Virus record (IMG/VR): IMGVR_UViG_3300006893_000280
Coordinates: 1 to 62,082 of that record
Length of the DNA: 62,082 nucleotides
Origin: a virus
Taxonomy: Duplodnaviria; Caudoviricetes
Direction: 5' to 3' (one strand)
Below, piece after piece: positions 1 to 10,059 of the stretch. Position numbers and translations under genes: made by a program. Below the pieces are notes generated by a model that worked only from the letters and a program-made list of their open reading frames with translations, did no database searches and was not told the origin of the DNA. Every line of letters starts with the position of its first letter. The stretch's first letter is position 1.

Positions 1-339
1 TCAGAGGTCGATGTCGAGATCCCCGACCGCCTCCGAGAACGGCACGGTGTCGTGCTCGCGGTCGACGATCGAGAGGCGGTCCTCGAGATCCTCGATGTGG
101 TCGAGTAGGGCTTCGTAGCGCTCGAACGACATGAGTACTCCTTCGGGTTTCGAGTTGGTGAGGATGATGACGTCCTGGCCGCTCTGCGCGAGCTCGATCT
201 GAGTCGACAGCTTCCGTCGTGCGTCGCTGACCGAGACCAGGTGCGGCTTGACACGCACTCTGCGCAAGGGATGGCGGACAGCTCCGACGAGCTTCGCCGC
301 CTCAGCCGCGGTGAGGGCCTGGTCCTTCTTGGTGGTCAT
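1..339 (-). CDS. Phd/YefM-family antitoxin
   Basis: VSVSDARRKLS...VIILTNSKPEGVLMSFERYEAL is the typical Phd/YefM pattern; adjacent to RelE-like gene. Confidence 0.85.
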   Translation of the reverse strand: MTTKKDQALTAAEAAKLVGAVRHPLRRVRVKPHLVSVSDARRKLSTQIELAQSGQDVIILTNSKPEGVLMSFERYEALLDHIEDLEDRLSIVDREHDTVPFSEAVGDLDIDL

Positions 340-397
340 TGCTTTCCCTTCCCCCCGCCGGCCTGTGCGGCAGGGGCTGTCCTGGCGTCCGAGGCCG

Positions 398-673
398 TCA
401 CTTGTAGACGCCGCCTCGGATGCCGACCTTGGTCACGGTGACGATGCGCACGCCGTCGTCGACCACGTACACGACTCGGTAGCCGCCCACTCGGATGCGG
501 TATCCGGGTGCGCCGCTGAGCTTGGTGCAACCGCTCGGCCGGGGGTCGAATCCGAGGTCCGTGATCGCAACGGTGATCGCGGCCCGCTGGCGGCGGGGCT
601 CGACGGCGCTCAATTCCTTGAGGGCCTGACGCTCGATGGTGACCTCGTATTCGGGCTGCTGCGGCTGTGTCAT
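398..673 (-). CDS. RelE/ParE-family toxin
   Basis: YEVTIERQALKEL...PRPSGCTKLSG..GYRIRVGGYRVVYVVDD..VTVTKVGIRGGVY; ATG at 673 after GAGAGGAACCACCC. Confidence 0.88.
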   Translation of the reverse strand: MTQPQQPEYEVTIERQALKELSAVEPRRQRAAITVAITDLGFDPRPSGCTKLSGAPGYRIRVGGYRVVYVVDDGVRIVTVTKVGIRGGVYK

Positions 674-813
674 GGGTGGTTCCTCTCGTTGTCGGGGTGG
701 CGGCCCCGGCGATCTATGCATCGCTGAATGTACCCTGCGATGTACGTAATTTGGTACCTAATTCAGCTCATCATTATGTGACGATTGACACGTGAATGGT
801 CTATCATCCCTGC

Positions 814-842
814 TTGTTACGTACATATCTCGTATGTATGTT
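814..842 (+). promoter_or_regulatory. Putative SigA-type promoter with inverted repeat
   Basis: TTGTTA-N17-TATGTT; TACATA/TATGTA inverted repeat in spacer; ATGTACGTA near 740 is inverted at 818-826. Confidence 0.45.
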
Positions 843-941
843 GATTATGTACGACGCATCGGGGCCGCCACCCCAGCCAAGTACCGACCACCCACCCAAG
901 CGCGACCGCCGCCACGGCCGCGCCCCGCGAAAGGAACCACC

Positions 942-1658
942 ATGACCCAGGCCCATACCGCCCGGCACGACATGCTCGACAAGGTCCGCAAACTTCTCGC
1001 AAAGGCCGAAAATGTCGCAGGCACACCCGAGGCGGATGTCCTCAACGCCAAGGCATTCGAGCTGATCGCCAAGTATGGCATCGACGAGACCGCAGCCCGC
1101 GAGCGCAACGGCGAGGGCCCCGCCCCGATCGAGATCGCACGGTTCGCGATCAGCGGTCAATACCAACGTGAGCAGTCGTTCCTACTTCACATCCTGTCCA
1201 GGGCATTGCACTGCAAACCGTTGATGCTGGACGGTAACGAGAGCCACGTCGTATACGGCACGGCCGGGCACATCGAGCGGCTGCGCGTCCTGTTCGCGAC
1301 TCTGATGCCGCAGATGCTTGCCGGAGCCTCCCGTGTCCGCCCCCATTACGGGGCACAGGTCGGCGTCAAGGCGTACCGCATGTCGTGGATGCGGGGCTTC
1401 TACCTCGAAGTCGGTTCCCGCCTGGAGGAGGCCGAGGGGACCGCGGCGAAGGAGTCCGAGCCCGGCACCGCGCTGGTGTTGATGGATGACGCCAAGCGCG
1501 CTGAGGCCGCCCTGCAGGCCGACCATGGCGGCCAGATGCGCGACGTCACGTCGCGCTCACGCCACGACGGCAGCGCCGCCGCTGCTGGCGCCGCTGCCGG
1601 ACAGCGCGTGAACCTCGGGCAGACCGGCGTTACCGGCCGACGCACCCTCGGCCGGTAA
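942..1658 (+). CDS. DUF2786-domain protein
   Basis: N-terminal MLDKVRKLLAKAE..GTPEA...KAFELIAKYGID signature; RBS GAAAGGAACCACC at 929. Confidence 0.8.
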   Translation: MTQAHTARHDMLDKVRKLLAKAENVAGTPEADVLNAKAFELIAKYGIDETAARERNGEGPAPIEIARFAISGQYQREQSFLLHILSRALHCKPLMLDGNESHVVYGTAGHIERLRVLFATLMPQMLAGASRVRPHYGAQVGVKAYRMSWMRGFYLEVGSRLEEAEGTAAKESEPGTALVLMDDAKRAEAALQADHGGQMRDVTSRSRHDGSAAAAGAAAGQRVNLGQTGVTGRRTLGR

Positions 1659-1747
1659 CCCCTCCAGCACCCACCCAGGCCGGGCCTGCACGTCAGGCCC
1701 GGCCATCCATCACGGGGCCGCCACCCCGCACCGAAAGGAACCACGTC

Positions 1748-3406
1748 ATGAGCGCGTTCGCGCCCACCGCCGAGCAGCTGCACATCCACCACCTGTTCAA
1801 GACCGGACAGCCCATCCGAATTCGCGCAGGAGCAGGCACCGGTAAGACCACCACCCTCACCCAGCTCGCAGAAATCGTTCAGTCCCAAGGGCGCGCCGGC
1901 CTGTACATCGCCTTCAACCGGTCCATCGCCAATGAGGCGGAAACCAAGTTCCCCGAGTGCATCTCGGCGTCGACCGCGCACGCTCTCGCCTACCGGAACA
2001 TCGGCCAGACCCGGCACGCTCCCCTGTTGAACAGGATGCGCCGAGGTGCGCGCATCCCGATCGGCGAGACCGGCCGACTCTTGAACGTCGATCGGTTCGT
2101 CGCGTACGTGGGTGGCGAGACCTTCACACTCACCGAGTACGAGGTCACCCGGCACGCGCTCGCCGCTGTCGACCGGTTCTGCAAGAGCGCGGACCCGGAG
2201 CTGACCAAACGGCACATCGCCCGGATTCCCGGCATGGACGATCGGGACCTGCACGGCCAGCTGGTCGAGTTCGTCTACCCGGTCGCACAAGCTATTTGGG
2301 CCGATCTGCAAGACCCCTACGGCAGCGCAGTGGCGTTCGGGCATCCCCACTACCTGAAGTTGTTCGCGCTGGAACGGCCGAAGGTCGGCCCAGATGGCGG
2401 TGTCGTGTTTCTCGACGAGGCACAGGATACGAGCCCCGTCCTCGCGGGCATCATCGACGACCAAGTGCATTTGCAGTTGGTCGCAGTCGGCGACCCGGCC
2501 CAGGCCATATACGGATTCACCGGCGCGACCGACTACATGACGCAGGCCAGTAGTGCTATCGAGGGGCGCTTGACGCAGTCGTGGCGATTCGGCCAGCCGG
2601 TCGCGGACGCAGCGAACACGTTGCTTACCCGCCTCGGCGACGACCTGCGTCTGACCGGCAACCCCGGCCGGGCCAGCGTCGTCGATCACGCCGCGAGTGG
2701 ACTACGCGTCACCCTGGCCCGGACGAACGCCACCGCGATCGAGCACGTGATGGCTGCCCAGACGGCCGGACGGCGTGTGCACCTCATGGGCGACAACCGG
2801 TACGCCGTCCAGTTCTGCTTCGACGCCGCCCTGCTGATGAACGAGAACCGCTCGGCGTCGAAGAAACCGCGCCTCGCCGACCTCGCGGCGTTTCGCACCT
2901 GGGATCAAGTTGTCGAGCACGCCAACGACTCGACCGACTCCGCCGACTGGAAAGTGCTCGTGACGTTGATCGTCAAGCACGGCACCGCGAAGGTGCGCGC
3001 GGCACTGGGCGGCGTCGTGAACGAGCACGACGCCGACGTGATCGTGGCAACCGCCCACAAGGCCAAGGGCCGCGAATGGGACAGCGTGCACCTCGCATCG
3101 GACCTGGCCGACGCCGTCGAATCCGCGGCCGAAGCCATTCAGCAGTCCGAAGCGTGGATCCGTGACGAAGGCCGGTTGAGGTTCACCCCTGCGGGCGAGG
3201 AAGTGCCGAAGCACGTGCACGACTGGCGGGTACGGCGCTCCAACGACGGCCAGACTCCAGATGAAGCGTTGCGCCGCAGCCAGAAACGACTCAAGGACGA
3301 GCTGATGCTGGCGTACGTCGCCGCGACCCGAGCTCGGAGCCTCCTCAACCCCGGTGGCCTGATCGCCGCCAGCACGACGACCGAGCAGCAGAGTGACGGC
3401 CTATAG
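1748..3406 (+). CDS. UvrD/REP-like superfamily 1 helicase
   Basis: Walker A AGAGTGKTT, LDEAQD, VGDPAQAIYGF, LTQSWRFG, TAHKAKGREW, LAYVAATRA. Confidence 0.92.
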   Translation: MSAFAPTAEQLHIHHLFKTGQPIRIRAGAGTGKTTTLTQLAEIVQSQGRAGLYIAFNRSIANEAETKFPECISASTAHALAYRNIGQTRHAPLLNRMRRGARIPIGETGRLLNVDRFVAYVGGETFTLTEYEVTRHALAAVDRFCKSADPELTKRHIARIPGMDDRDLHGQLVEFVYPVAQAIWADLQDPYGSAVAFGHPHYLKLFALERPKVGPDGGVVFLDEAQDTSPVLAGIIDDQVHLQLVAVGDPAQAIYGFTGATDYMTQASSAIEGRLTQSWRFGQPVADAANTLLTRLGDDLRLTGNPGRASVVDHAASGLRVTLARTNATAIEHVMAAQTAGRRVHLMGDNRYAVQFCFDAALLMNENRSASKKPRLADLAAFRTWDQVVEHANDSTDSADWKVLVTLIVKHGTAKVRAALGGVVNEHDADVIVATAHKAKGREWDSVHLASDLADAVESAAEAIQQSEAWIRDEGRLRFTPAGEEVPKHVHDWRVRRSNDGQTPDEALRRSQKRLKDELMLAYVAATRARSLLNPGGLIAASTTTEQQSDGL

Positions 3407-3458
3407 TCCCAGTCGGCCGCGTACAGTCGCGGTATGCACCGACGAGAGGGCCCTATGG

Positions 3459-3674
3459 ATGAGCGCGACCGACCCTGACACCTGGTGGACCGCGCAGCAG
3501 TGCGCCGACTACATCGACGTCAAGCCGCGCACCTGGCACGGATATGTCAAACGGCCGACCAAGACCAACCCAGCGCCCCAGCCGATCAAGAAGATCGGTA
3601 GCACTCCGGTTTGGGACAGCGAAGAGGTCATCGCCTGGAACGAGTCGCGGCCCGGAGACCCGATCAACGCATAG
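3459..3674 (+). CDS. Small AlpA/excisionase-like HTH protein
   Basis: WWTAQQCADYIDVKPRTWHGY...PAPQP...PVWDSEEV; start uncertain (3393/3459). Confidence 0.65.
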   Translation: MSATDPDTWWTAQQCADYIDVKPRTWHGYVKRPTKTNPAPQPIKKIGSTPVWDSEEVIAWNESRPGDPINA

Positions 3675-3712
3675 AGCTGGCCGCCACCAGCGCCCCCGAA
3701 AGGAACCACCCG

Positions 3713-4498
3713 ATGCTCACCGCTGCCCGCACGGCCGCCGCAGGGACCATCCTCATCGCAGCCCTGTCGTCGGTGCTGTCGTTCGCCGCACTCAGCGACG
3801 TAGCCCGTCGCTCCGGAGTCGGCATCCCAGTCCTGTGGCCGATGATTGTCGACGGCCTGATCCTCGTCGCCACCTTCGCCGTCGTCGCCGTCCAAGGCTC
3901 CGCGTACGCATGGATGATGCTCGGGTCCGGCGCAGCCGTCTCGATCGCTGGCAACATCCTCGACGCGGTCACCCCTGAAGGGCCGATGCCCAGCCAGATC
4001 GCCGCCGTCGTCGCAGCGGTCCCGCCCGTCGCTCTGGTCGCCGTGACGCACCTGACCGTCCACCTTGCGCGTCATGCGTCAGTGACGCGTCATGCCACGA
4101 CACCGACAGATAGTGCCGCGCAATGGGATTCTGCCGAACCGCTGGCGCCCCTGGCGTATGAGCCCGCGGAGCAGTGGCCGGCTGCATACCCCAGCGCGCC
4201 GAGCGTCACACCCTGGCACCGGAACGACGCGATAGCCGATGCATGGTCGTGCCGCGATGACGTGGAAGTTGTTGCGCCCGCGCCGGTCGTCGAGGAACGC
4301 TACGAGGACCCCGACACCGGCGAGTTGCCCGTCCTGGCCGACCCAGTACGCGGACCGCGTGATGTCGCGGAGGAATTGATATGCAACACCGACCTGTCCA
4401 ACTATGCTGTCGCCGAGCGCGTCGGCAAGTCGGAGGCAACTATTCGACGGTGGCGCAAGGTCATTGAAGACGACCGGGTTGAGCAGCGCACGGCCTGA
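3713..4498 (+). CDS. DUF2637-like membrane protein with C-terminal HTH
   Basis: LSFAALSDVA...LWPMIVDGLILVAT...SIAGNI...VPPVAL; C-terminal SNYAVAERVGKSEATIRRW. Confidence 0.75.
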   Translation: MLTAARTAAAGTILIAALSSVLSFAALSDVARRSGVGIPVLWPMIVDGLILVATFAVVAVQGSAYAWMMLGSGAAVSIAGNILDAVTPEGPMPSQIAAVVAAVPPVALVAVTHLTVHLARHASVTRHATTPTDSAAQWDSAEPLAPLAYEPAEQWPAAYPSAPSVTPWHRNDAIADAWSCRDDVEVVAPAPVVEERYEDPDTGELPVLADPVRGPRDVAEELICNTDLSNYAVAERVGKSEATIRRWRKVIEDDRVEQRTA

Positions 4499-4980
4499 TC
4501 CACTTTGCAAGTCGCTGGCGCAGTCGGCCGGGCCTCGTCCGCGAACTCGGCCGCTCAGCTGGCCTGTTCGATCAGCGCGGTACGCGGGCTCTTTTGACAC
4601 GAGCATGGAGGGGCAGACCGGGCGGATACGGTCCGGAGCCGACGTGCGGTCCCTTCTCCATAGGGGCGGTATGACGGTACGGCAACAACACACGCGTGAT
4701 CTACATTCCGGTGCGACTCGATGCCCGCTCCCGGTAGCGTTGGGAGCAACGCAGTATGCCTACGTCTCATCCCGTGTCAGTCGGGGATCCGTACTGGCTC
4801 GGCAGCTTTCGCTTTACGTGTGCTCGGTGAGGAGTGGATCAGATGCCAGACTCGGTCTCAACACCAGTCGATGATGTCTGGCGTCCCCGCCCGAGATCGA
4901 ACACATCAGTGCAGGATGCGAGTTACCCGGAGTGTGTAGAGATTCTGATACGGGGCGACCATCGGATCGGATCGATATAG

Positions 4981-6399
4981 ATGGAGACGGAGAGCGACGA
5001 CATCTTGCGCTACATCAGAACTTTTCAGCAGGCTGAGCAGAATGCTGTTGTACGCATGAAGGAGTTGGGGTTCAGCGACGCGCACCTGACGGTATCTGGG
5101 GCGGACAGTGGTATCGACATCGAATCGTCGCAGTCAGTAGCCCAGGTTAAATGGACGGGAGCTGCCGCCGGGCGGCCCGAGATGCAGAAACTCTTCGGTG
5201 CGCGGGGTATTCGAAATCATTTACAGATGTTCTTCTTTGCGGCATCTGGATATAGCCAACCTGCCATTGTCTATGCCGACGAAGTTGAGATCCGTCTGTT
5301 TGCATTCGATCCGATCGGGCAGATCGAACCTGCGAATTCCGTGGCGCGTTTATTCGTAAAGGAGCTCCAACGGAAGAGAAAAGCTGAGCGTGTGGCAAGT
5401 GAACGCGCTGAAGCCGAACGTGTGGCAAGTGAACGTGCCGAGGCCGAACGTGTGGCAAGTGAACGTGCCGAGGCCGAACGCGTGGCAAGTGAACGTGCCG
5501 AGGCCGAACGCGTGGCAAGTGAACGTGCGGAGGCTGAACGCATCGAAAACGAACGCGCCGAGGCTAAGAGACAGCCGTGGCCGGTGACTGTCGGAGAATT
5601 GACTGCACAGGTAGACAACTTTTCCCCCCTGAGCTTACCCGTTCCTGTGGTCGGCATGAATTCGGTGCAGCCGCCGATCGCAGACCCCAAGCTCCAGATT
5701 GCTAGTTCAGGGCGATCAATGATGGTAGATAGCCCTCAAACCGCCGGACGCAAATTTGTTGTCGCTAGCCTGTTTGTCGTCGTGATTCTATGTGTGCTTG
5801 GCGATGCGTTTATGGCATTATTTTTTGTTGCTGGGATATTCGTCACCAGCCACGAAGTCAGTGTGGCCAGCATCGTTGTTTTGGTCATGTGTCTTGCAAT
5901 TATTGGGTTGCTTGCGTTCATCGCTAGTCGATGCATGCGGAGGCTTAGGGTCCTAAGATGGCACGCTTCCGAATCCTCACTGCTAGTTGCGAACTCGCAG
6001 GGGTATGCCTCATATTTTCCGCGGTGTGCCCCGACGCTTGGAGATCGCCGAGCAAGAAGTATGCTACGCAGACTAAGAAATGTCCTTGAGCCCGGCGAGA
6101 TGCTTTGGGTATTCGCAAGTCCGAATAGCACGCATCCTCTTATGAACGGTTTGGCTGTAACGAATAATCGGATATTGGCCTTCTTAGTTCATAGGCTTTC
6201 AGTCGAAGGTCCGAGAATAGTTGTATATGCAGAAGACATTAGCCGTATAGATTTTAGTGATACCAAAATCGGAATGAAGGAGATGGTCGTCACTACTCAC
6301 TCAGGCGAATCGAAATCGTTTGGGAGACTAGATCATGGCGATGTCAGGTTTATTGCGTATTATGCGAACTATCTTGGCGCAACAAGGTCGCCGAACTGA
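4981..6399 (+). CDS. Mrr-like restriction endonuclease domain fused to coiled-coil repeat, 2 TM helices and a C-terminal domain (moron)
   Basis: AEQNA..RMKELGF..A..T..GADSGIDI....AQVK...G.PEMQKL.G...FFAASGYS..A Mrr_cat pattern; visibly lower GC; opposite strand to tail genes. Confidence 0.75.
   Translation: METESDDILRYIRTFQQAEQNAVVRMKELGFSDAHLTVSGADSGIDIESSQSVAQVKWTGAAAGRPEMQKLFGARGIRNHLQMFFFAASGYSQPAIVYADEVEIRLFAFDPIGQIEPANSVARLFVKELQRKRKAERVASERAEAERVASERAEAERVASERAEAERVASERAEAERVASERAEAERIENERAEAKRQPWPVTVGELTAQVDNFSPLSLPVPVVGMNSVQPPIADPKLQIASSGRSMMVDSPQTAGRKFVVASLFVVVILCVLGDAFMALFFVAGIFVTSHEVSVASIVVLVMCLAIIGLLAFIASRCMRRLRVLRWHASESSLLVANSQGYASYFPRCAPTLGDRRARSMLRRLRNVLEPGEMLWVFASPNSTHPLMNGLAVTNNRILAFLVHRLSVEGPRIVVYAEDISRIDFSDTKIGMKEMVVTTHSGESKSFGRLDHGDVRFIAYYANYLGATRSPN
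5383..5565 (+). repeat. 30-bp tandem repeat x6 encoding AERVASERAE
   Basis: GAACGTGCCGAGGCCGAACG(T/C)GTGGCAAGT-type units read directly; last unit degenerate. Confidence 0.95.
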
Positions 6400-7124
6400 G
6401 TAATACGCTGCGTGCGGGCCTCGAATCGGTCGATGGCCGGGGAGTTGTACTGCTGCTGGAACAACGGGTAGTTGCCGGTGAGCGCGATCTTGAACGCGCG
6501 GTGCGCGGCATCCATCTTGGATTCGTTGGCCGAGTCGGGCCACGAGGTGATGACCGCCTGGGTATCTAGGCGGACCACCGAGAATGTGCGGCCCACTGCC
6601 CGGAACTCAAGGTCGACGTCGAGCGGGTAGGTCCCCCCGAGGCCGCGTGGGGTCTGCGTCCCGCCGATCATGGTCATGATCCGGGCCTTGCCTCCCATGA
6701 AGACCGCCCAGACACCATCGTTGGTCGAGGCATCATCGGTGCAGCGCAACGCAACGATCGTTTCGTTGTTGTCGGCCAAGGCGTATGGAGTGGGTGCAGT
6801 CAGCCGGAACCCGACTACCACGTCGTCCTGCGGAGCGACGACGTCGGTAGGGCGGTACCAGAACGCCACCTTGCCCGTCGTTCCCATGGCAGCGAGCACG
6901 ATGTGACCGTCGGCTACACGGCCCTTCACGCCGGAGATGTACGCCCAGGCCGGGCCGAGCGAATCGGGATAGGCGGTGTTGAACTCGTAGACGAACCCGA
7001 AGGGCGGGACCGCCGCGCTGAAGACCTTCTTCCAGGCTGAGCCGTTCCACACCCACCCTTCCCTCACCTTCCGCCCGCCAGCGCTCAGCGTCTCGATCTT
7101 CTGCGAGCCGACATAGAGGGGCAT
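6369..7124 (-). CDS. Minor tail protein (beta-rich, possible receptor binding)
   Basis: Follows tail fibre; N-terminal LYVGSQKI...WVWNGSAWKKVF typical of tail proteins. Confidence 0.65.
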   Translation of the reverse strand: MPLYVGSQKIETLSAGGRKVREGWVWNGSAWKKVFSAAVPPFGFVYEFNTAYPDSLGPAWAYISGVKGRVADGHIVLAAMGTTGKVAFWYRPTDVVAPQDDVVVGFRLTAPTPYALADNNETIVALRCTDDASTNDGVWAVFMGGKARIMTMIGGTQTPRGLGGTYPLDVDLEFRAVGRTFSVVRLDTQAVITSWPDSANESKMDAAHRAFKIALTGNYPLFQQQYNSPAIDRFEARTQRITQFGDLVAPR

Positions 7125-7127
7125 GGG

Positions 7128-8558
7128 CTACTCCGGGATGCAGTACAGGACACCGGCAATCGGTGTGCTGGGAAGTGATGCGACAACCTGGATGGCGTCG
7201 CCGCGCAGCGCCGTCGTGGACGTCGTGCCGATCGTCAGCAGCGCCGCCTGTAGACCGGTCACGTCGGAGATGGTGTGCACGTGTGCCTTCGGTGCGCGGG
7301 CGTCCGACAGGCGCGGATCGTTGCCCTGCGTCACCGCTCCCGCCGTCGAACCGAACAGCGACGCGACCGCCGATGCGACACGCGCGTCAGTCAAGTAGCG
7401 GTTCGTCGAGCCCTCGGGCACTGCGTCAGTGGATCCCGGAGACGGCGAGATCTCGGTGTAGGACGAGCCGCCCCACCGATAGACCTTGTTCGAGTCGATC
7501 GCGATATAGATCTTGCTGGGCTCGCCCGCGCCGGGGAACGCAGCTGTACTGCCGAATTCGAGTACGTCATCGACGTATGACGGCAGCTGCGTCGCGGGCA
7601 CCTTGCCGGATGCATCGAGCGCGGCGTACCCGTTCGCGGCCCCCTTCATCGAGGCCAATTCGCGAGCATTGATCGCGTCGCTGATCGCACCCGATGACGC
7701 AAGCTTGGCCTGCGACAGTGCGCCATCTGCGATGTGGGAGTTGGTGACGCCGTTCGCTGCGATGGATACGGTGCGGTCGACGCTGAGGTCGCCGCCGCCC
7801 GTCAATCCGCCGGCTGCGGTCACGGTGCGGCTGGAAGGCACGCCGCCAGCACTCGCCGCGTCCTGCGCAGACTTCGCTGCGTCGCCTGCCGACTTCGCCG
7901 CGTCGGTCGCCTTCCCCGACGCGACGTCGCGCGCCCCGACCGCTACGTCACGCGCGGCCACAGCATCGGTCTTGGCGGTTTCCGCGGCTGCCCGATCGGC
8001 AGCGGCGCCAGCGGCATTCGCCGCCGCAGCACCCGCCTTCTGCGACGCGGTGTCGCGTGACGCGTCAGTTGCGTCGCGTGCCGCAACTGCGTCATCGCGG
8101 GCCGCGACGGTCACGTCACGCGCTGCGACGGCGGTTGCCTTGTCGGCGGCGACTTGAGCGGCGTCCTTGGAGATGTCGCGTACGCCGTCGGCCGCACGTA
8201 CGGCCTCGTCGCGGGCGACGCGGGCAGCGTTCGCGGCCTGCCATGCCTCGGAGACGACGGCGGGCGCCTGCTCCTCGTATTGACCGAATAGCGGCGACAG
8301 GCGGACCGGCGTCGCGGACTGCGGAATGGTGATGTCCTGCGGGCGAGTCCAGCCACCGAGCCGCAGCATCACCTTTGCTGGGCCTGCGTCGAGGTCGGGG
8401 GTGGTGAGGTTTCCAGCGACGATGGCGACGCTGACTCGGTTCGGCGTCGTCACGCCTTCCCGGTCTACGTCCTGACTCAGGGCGGGCCGCCAGATTTCGC
8501 AGATGCCGTCGACAGGCCCGTCTCCCAGGTCACTGAAATGGTCGAACAGGACGGTCAC
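7128..8558 (-). CDS. Tail fibre protein
   Basis: Ala-rich coiled repeats, LDASGKVPATQLPSYVDDVLEF and AHVHTISDVTGLQAAL tail repeat motifs; GTG start after GAGGAGG. Confidence 0.8.
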   Translation of the reverse strand: MTVLFDHFSDLGDGPVDGICEIWRPALSQDVDREGVTTPNRVSVAIVAGNLTTPDLDAGPAKVMLRLGGWTRPQDITIPQSATPVRLSPLFGQYEEQAPAVVSEAWQAANAARVARDEAVRAADGVRDISKDAAQVAADKATAVAARDVTVAARDDAVAARDATDASRDTASQKAGAAAANAAGAAADRAAAETAKTDAVAARDVAVGARDVASGKATDAAKSAGDAAKSAQDAASAGGVPSSRTVTAAGGLTGGGDLSVDRTVSIAANGVTNSHIADGALSQAKLASSGAISDAINARELASMKGAANGYAALDASGKVPATQLPSYVDDVLEFGSTAAFPGAGEPSKIYIAIDSNKVYRWGGSSYTEISPSPGSTDAVPEGSTNRYLTDARVASAVASLFGSTAGAVTQGNDPRLSDARAPKAHVHTISDVTGLQAALLTIGTTSTTALRGDAIQVVASLPSTPIAGVLYCIPE

Positions 8559-8607
8559 CGGGACCTCCTCTTTGCTTGAATGGTGAAGCGCGGAAGCATG
8601 AGTGTGG

Positions 8608-10059
8608 CTAGCCGAGAACGAACCAGGGGATCCAGTCACCGGTCTTGATGCTCGACGCGGTGATGAAGTCAGGGATGGTGTCGCAGTCCTTGACGTAGCC
8701 GTAGATGTTGCGCGGGTACACGCCCGGCGGTTGCGCCGGAATGCTTTGGTGCACGCAGGCAAGCGGACGGTTCGCGGTGCCGAACGAAGGGCTGATCTGA
8801 AGGACGCCCACGGCGAAGACATCGCCCTGCTTGACGGTGATCGTTGGCAGATCGATACGGAACTGGGTACCGGCAGAGGCGATTTGGGCCTTGACGTCGC
8901 CGCTGTCCCAGATCTTCGACAGGTTGCCGTTGCTGGGGTCCATTTTGAGCATAGCGACGGTGAACGACTGCGGGTCGAATCCCCAGCCGCCTCGTCCCGT
9001 GATCATGCCGACTGTGCCGTACGTGCGGTCTCGGGTCGCGCGAATGAATCCGAGTTCGAGTACACGGGTCGCGGGCAGGTAGTCCGGCGACCTGCGCTCC
9101 TCACCGACAGCGGGCGCGTTGGAGCCACCGGAGACCGTCGTCCAGTTCACCAGCTGCGACAGCGGGAACGTCGGGTCGTCTAGCGCGTTGATGTTCTGCC
9201 ACAGCGGGATATTGGTGGGGATGTCGCTGAAGTTCGGCTTGCCGCTCGCGGTCGCCTGTGCGTAGGTCGCGACGCTCTGGGCGGTGCGGGCGGTCTCCCG
9301 CGCCGCGCTGGCGGCGGCCTGAGTGGTGGCGAGATTGCCCATGCCCGAGCGGGCTACGAAGCTGGCCAGGCCCCACGAGTAGTTGGGGATGATGCCCTGG
9401 AAGCGGGTTTCCGAGGAGAAGCCGACGGTGCGATGTGTGGCGTCGACCGGGTAGCCGGAGGTGTCGGTGTGCTCAATCACGCTGGTGCGGTTGACGATCA
9501 CCCGGTATGTGGTGCCTTCGGCAACCAGCTCGACCGTGTCGGATTCCTGCACGCCCTTGGCGTAGGTCTTCCAGTTGGTGAACTTCCAGGTGTCGCCGCT
9601 GCGGGTGCCGCGCCCAAGCTGGATCGAGCGCTTCCAGATGTTGGCGTAGACGAACTCGGTGAGGTCGGCGTTGGCGCGCACGAAAAGCGCTGTCGGGCAG
9701 CCGTCCATCACTCCGGCCGGATTGACGATCGCCGCAACCGAGTGGTTGTCCTCGCTCATCAGCTGTGGACAGATGGCGTAGCGGATACCGGCCGAGATGC
9801 CGTGGTTATCGAGGCGCGCGGCGAAGTCGATGATGCCGAGCCCCTGGCCGGTGCCGCCCTGAATCCAGCCGTTGCCCAGCATGTTCGACTCTTTGCGGTT
9901 GAAGTTGTCCACGTAGGACGCGCCGGTCGCGAGGCGAGATTCCAGCTGAGCGATGGCGGAACCGTGCGCGGAGGTGATGCCGAACAGGCTCTTGAGGAAC
10001 GTGTCGACGAAGCCGCCGAAGATCGGCATGACTTCGGGCGGCGGGATAAGACGCTTCAC
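8608..10059 (-). CDS. Minor tail protein
   Basis: DNFNR...LGNGW beta-sandwich motif; position in tail module; GTG start overlapping upstream stop. Confidence 0.7.
   Translation of the reverse strand: MKRLIPPPEVMPIFGGFVDTFLKSLFGITSAHGSAIAQLESRLATGASYVDNFNRKESNMLGNGWIQGGTGQGLGIIDFAARLDNHGISAGIRYAICPQLMSEDNHSVAAIVNPAGVMDGCPTALFVRANADLTEFVYANIWKRSIQLGRGTRSGDTWKFTNWKTYAKGVQESDTVELVAEGTTYRVIVNRTSVIEHTDTSGYPVDATHRTVGFSSETRFQGIIPNYSWGLASFVARSGMGNLATTQAAASAARETARTAQSVATYAQATASGKPNFSDIPTNIPLWQNINALDDPTFPLSQLVNWTTVSGGSNAPAVGEERRSPDYLPATRVLELGFIRATRDRTYGTVGMITGRGGWGFDPQSFTVAMLKMDPSNGNLSKIWDSGDVKAQIASAGTQFRIDLPTITVKQGDVFAVGVLQISPSFGTANRPLACVHQSIPAQPPGVYPRNIYGYVKDCDTIPDFITASSIKTGDWIPWFVLG

Noticed and set aside
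4500-4980. Possible ncRNA or att site in 480-bp intergenic region
   Set aside because: Only short hairpins; no recognisable RNA family or repeat matching the window ends
5383-5565. Possible CRISPR array
   Set aside because: Contiguous in-frame 30-bp coding repeats with no spacers; no cas genes
6369-10059. Diversity-generating retroelement or invertible tail-fibre system
   Set aside because: No reverse transcriptase, TR/VR pair or invertase seen
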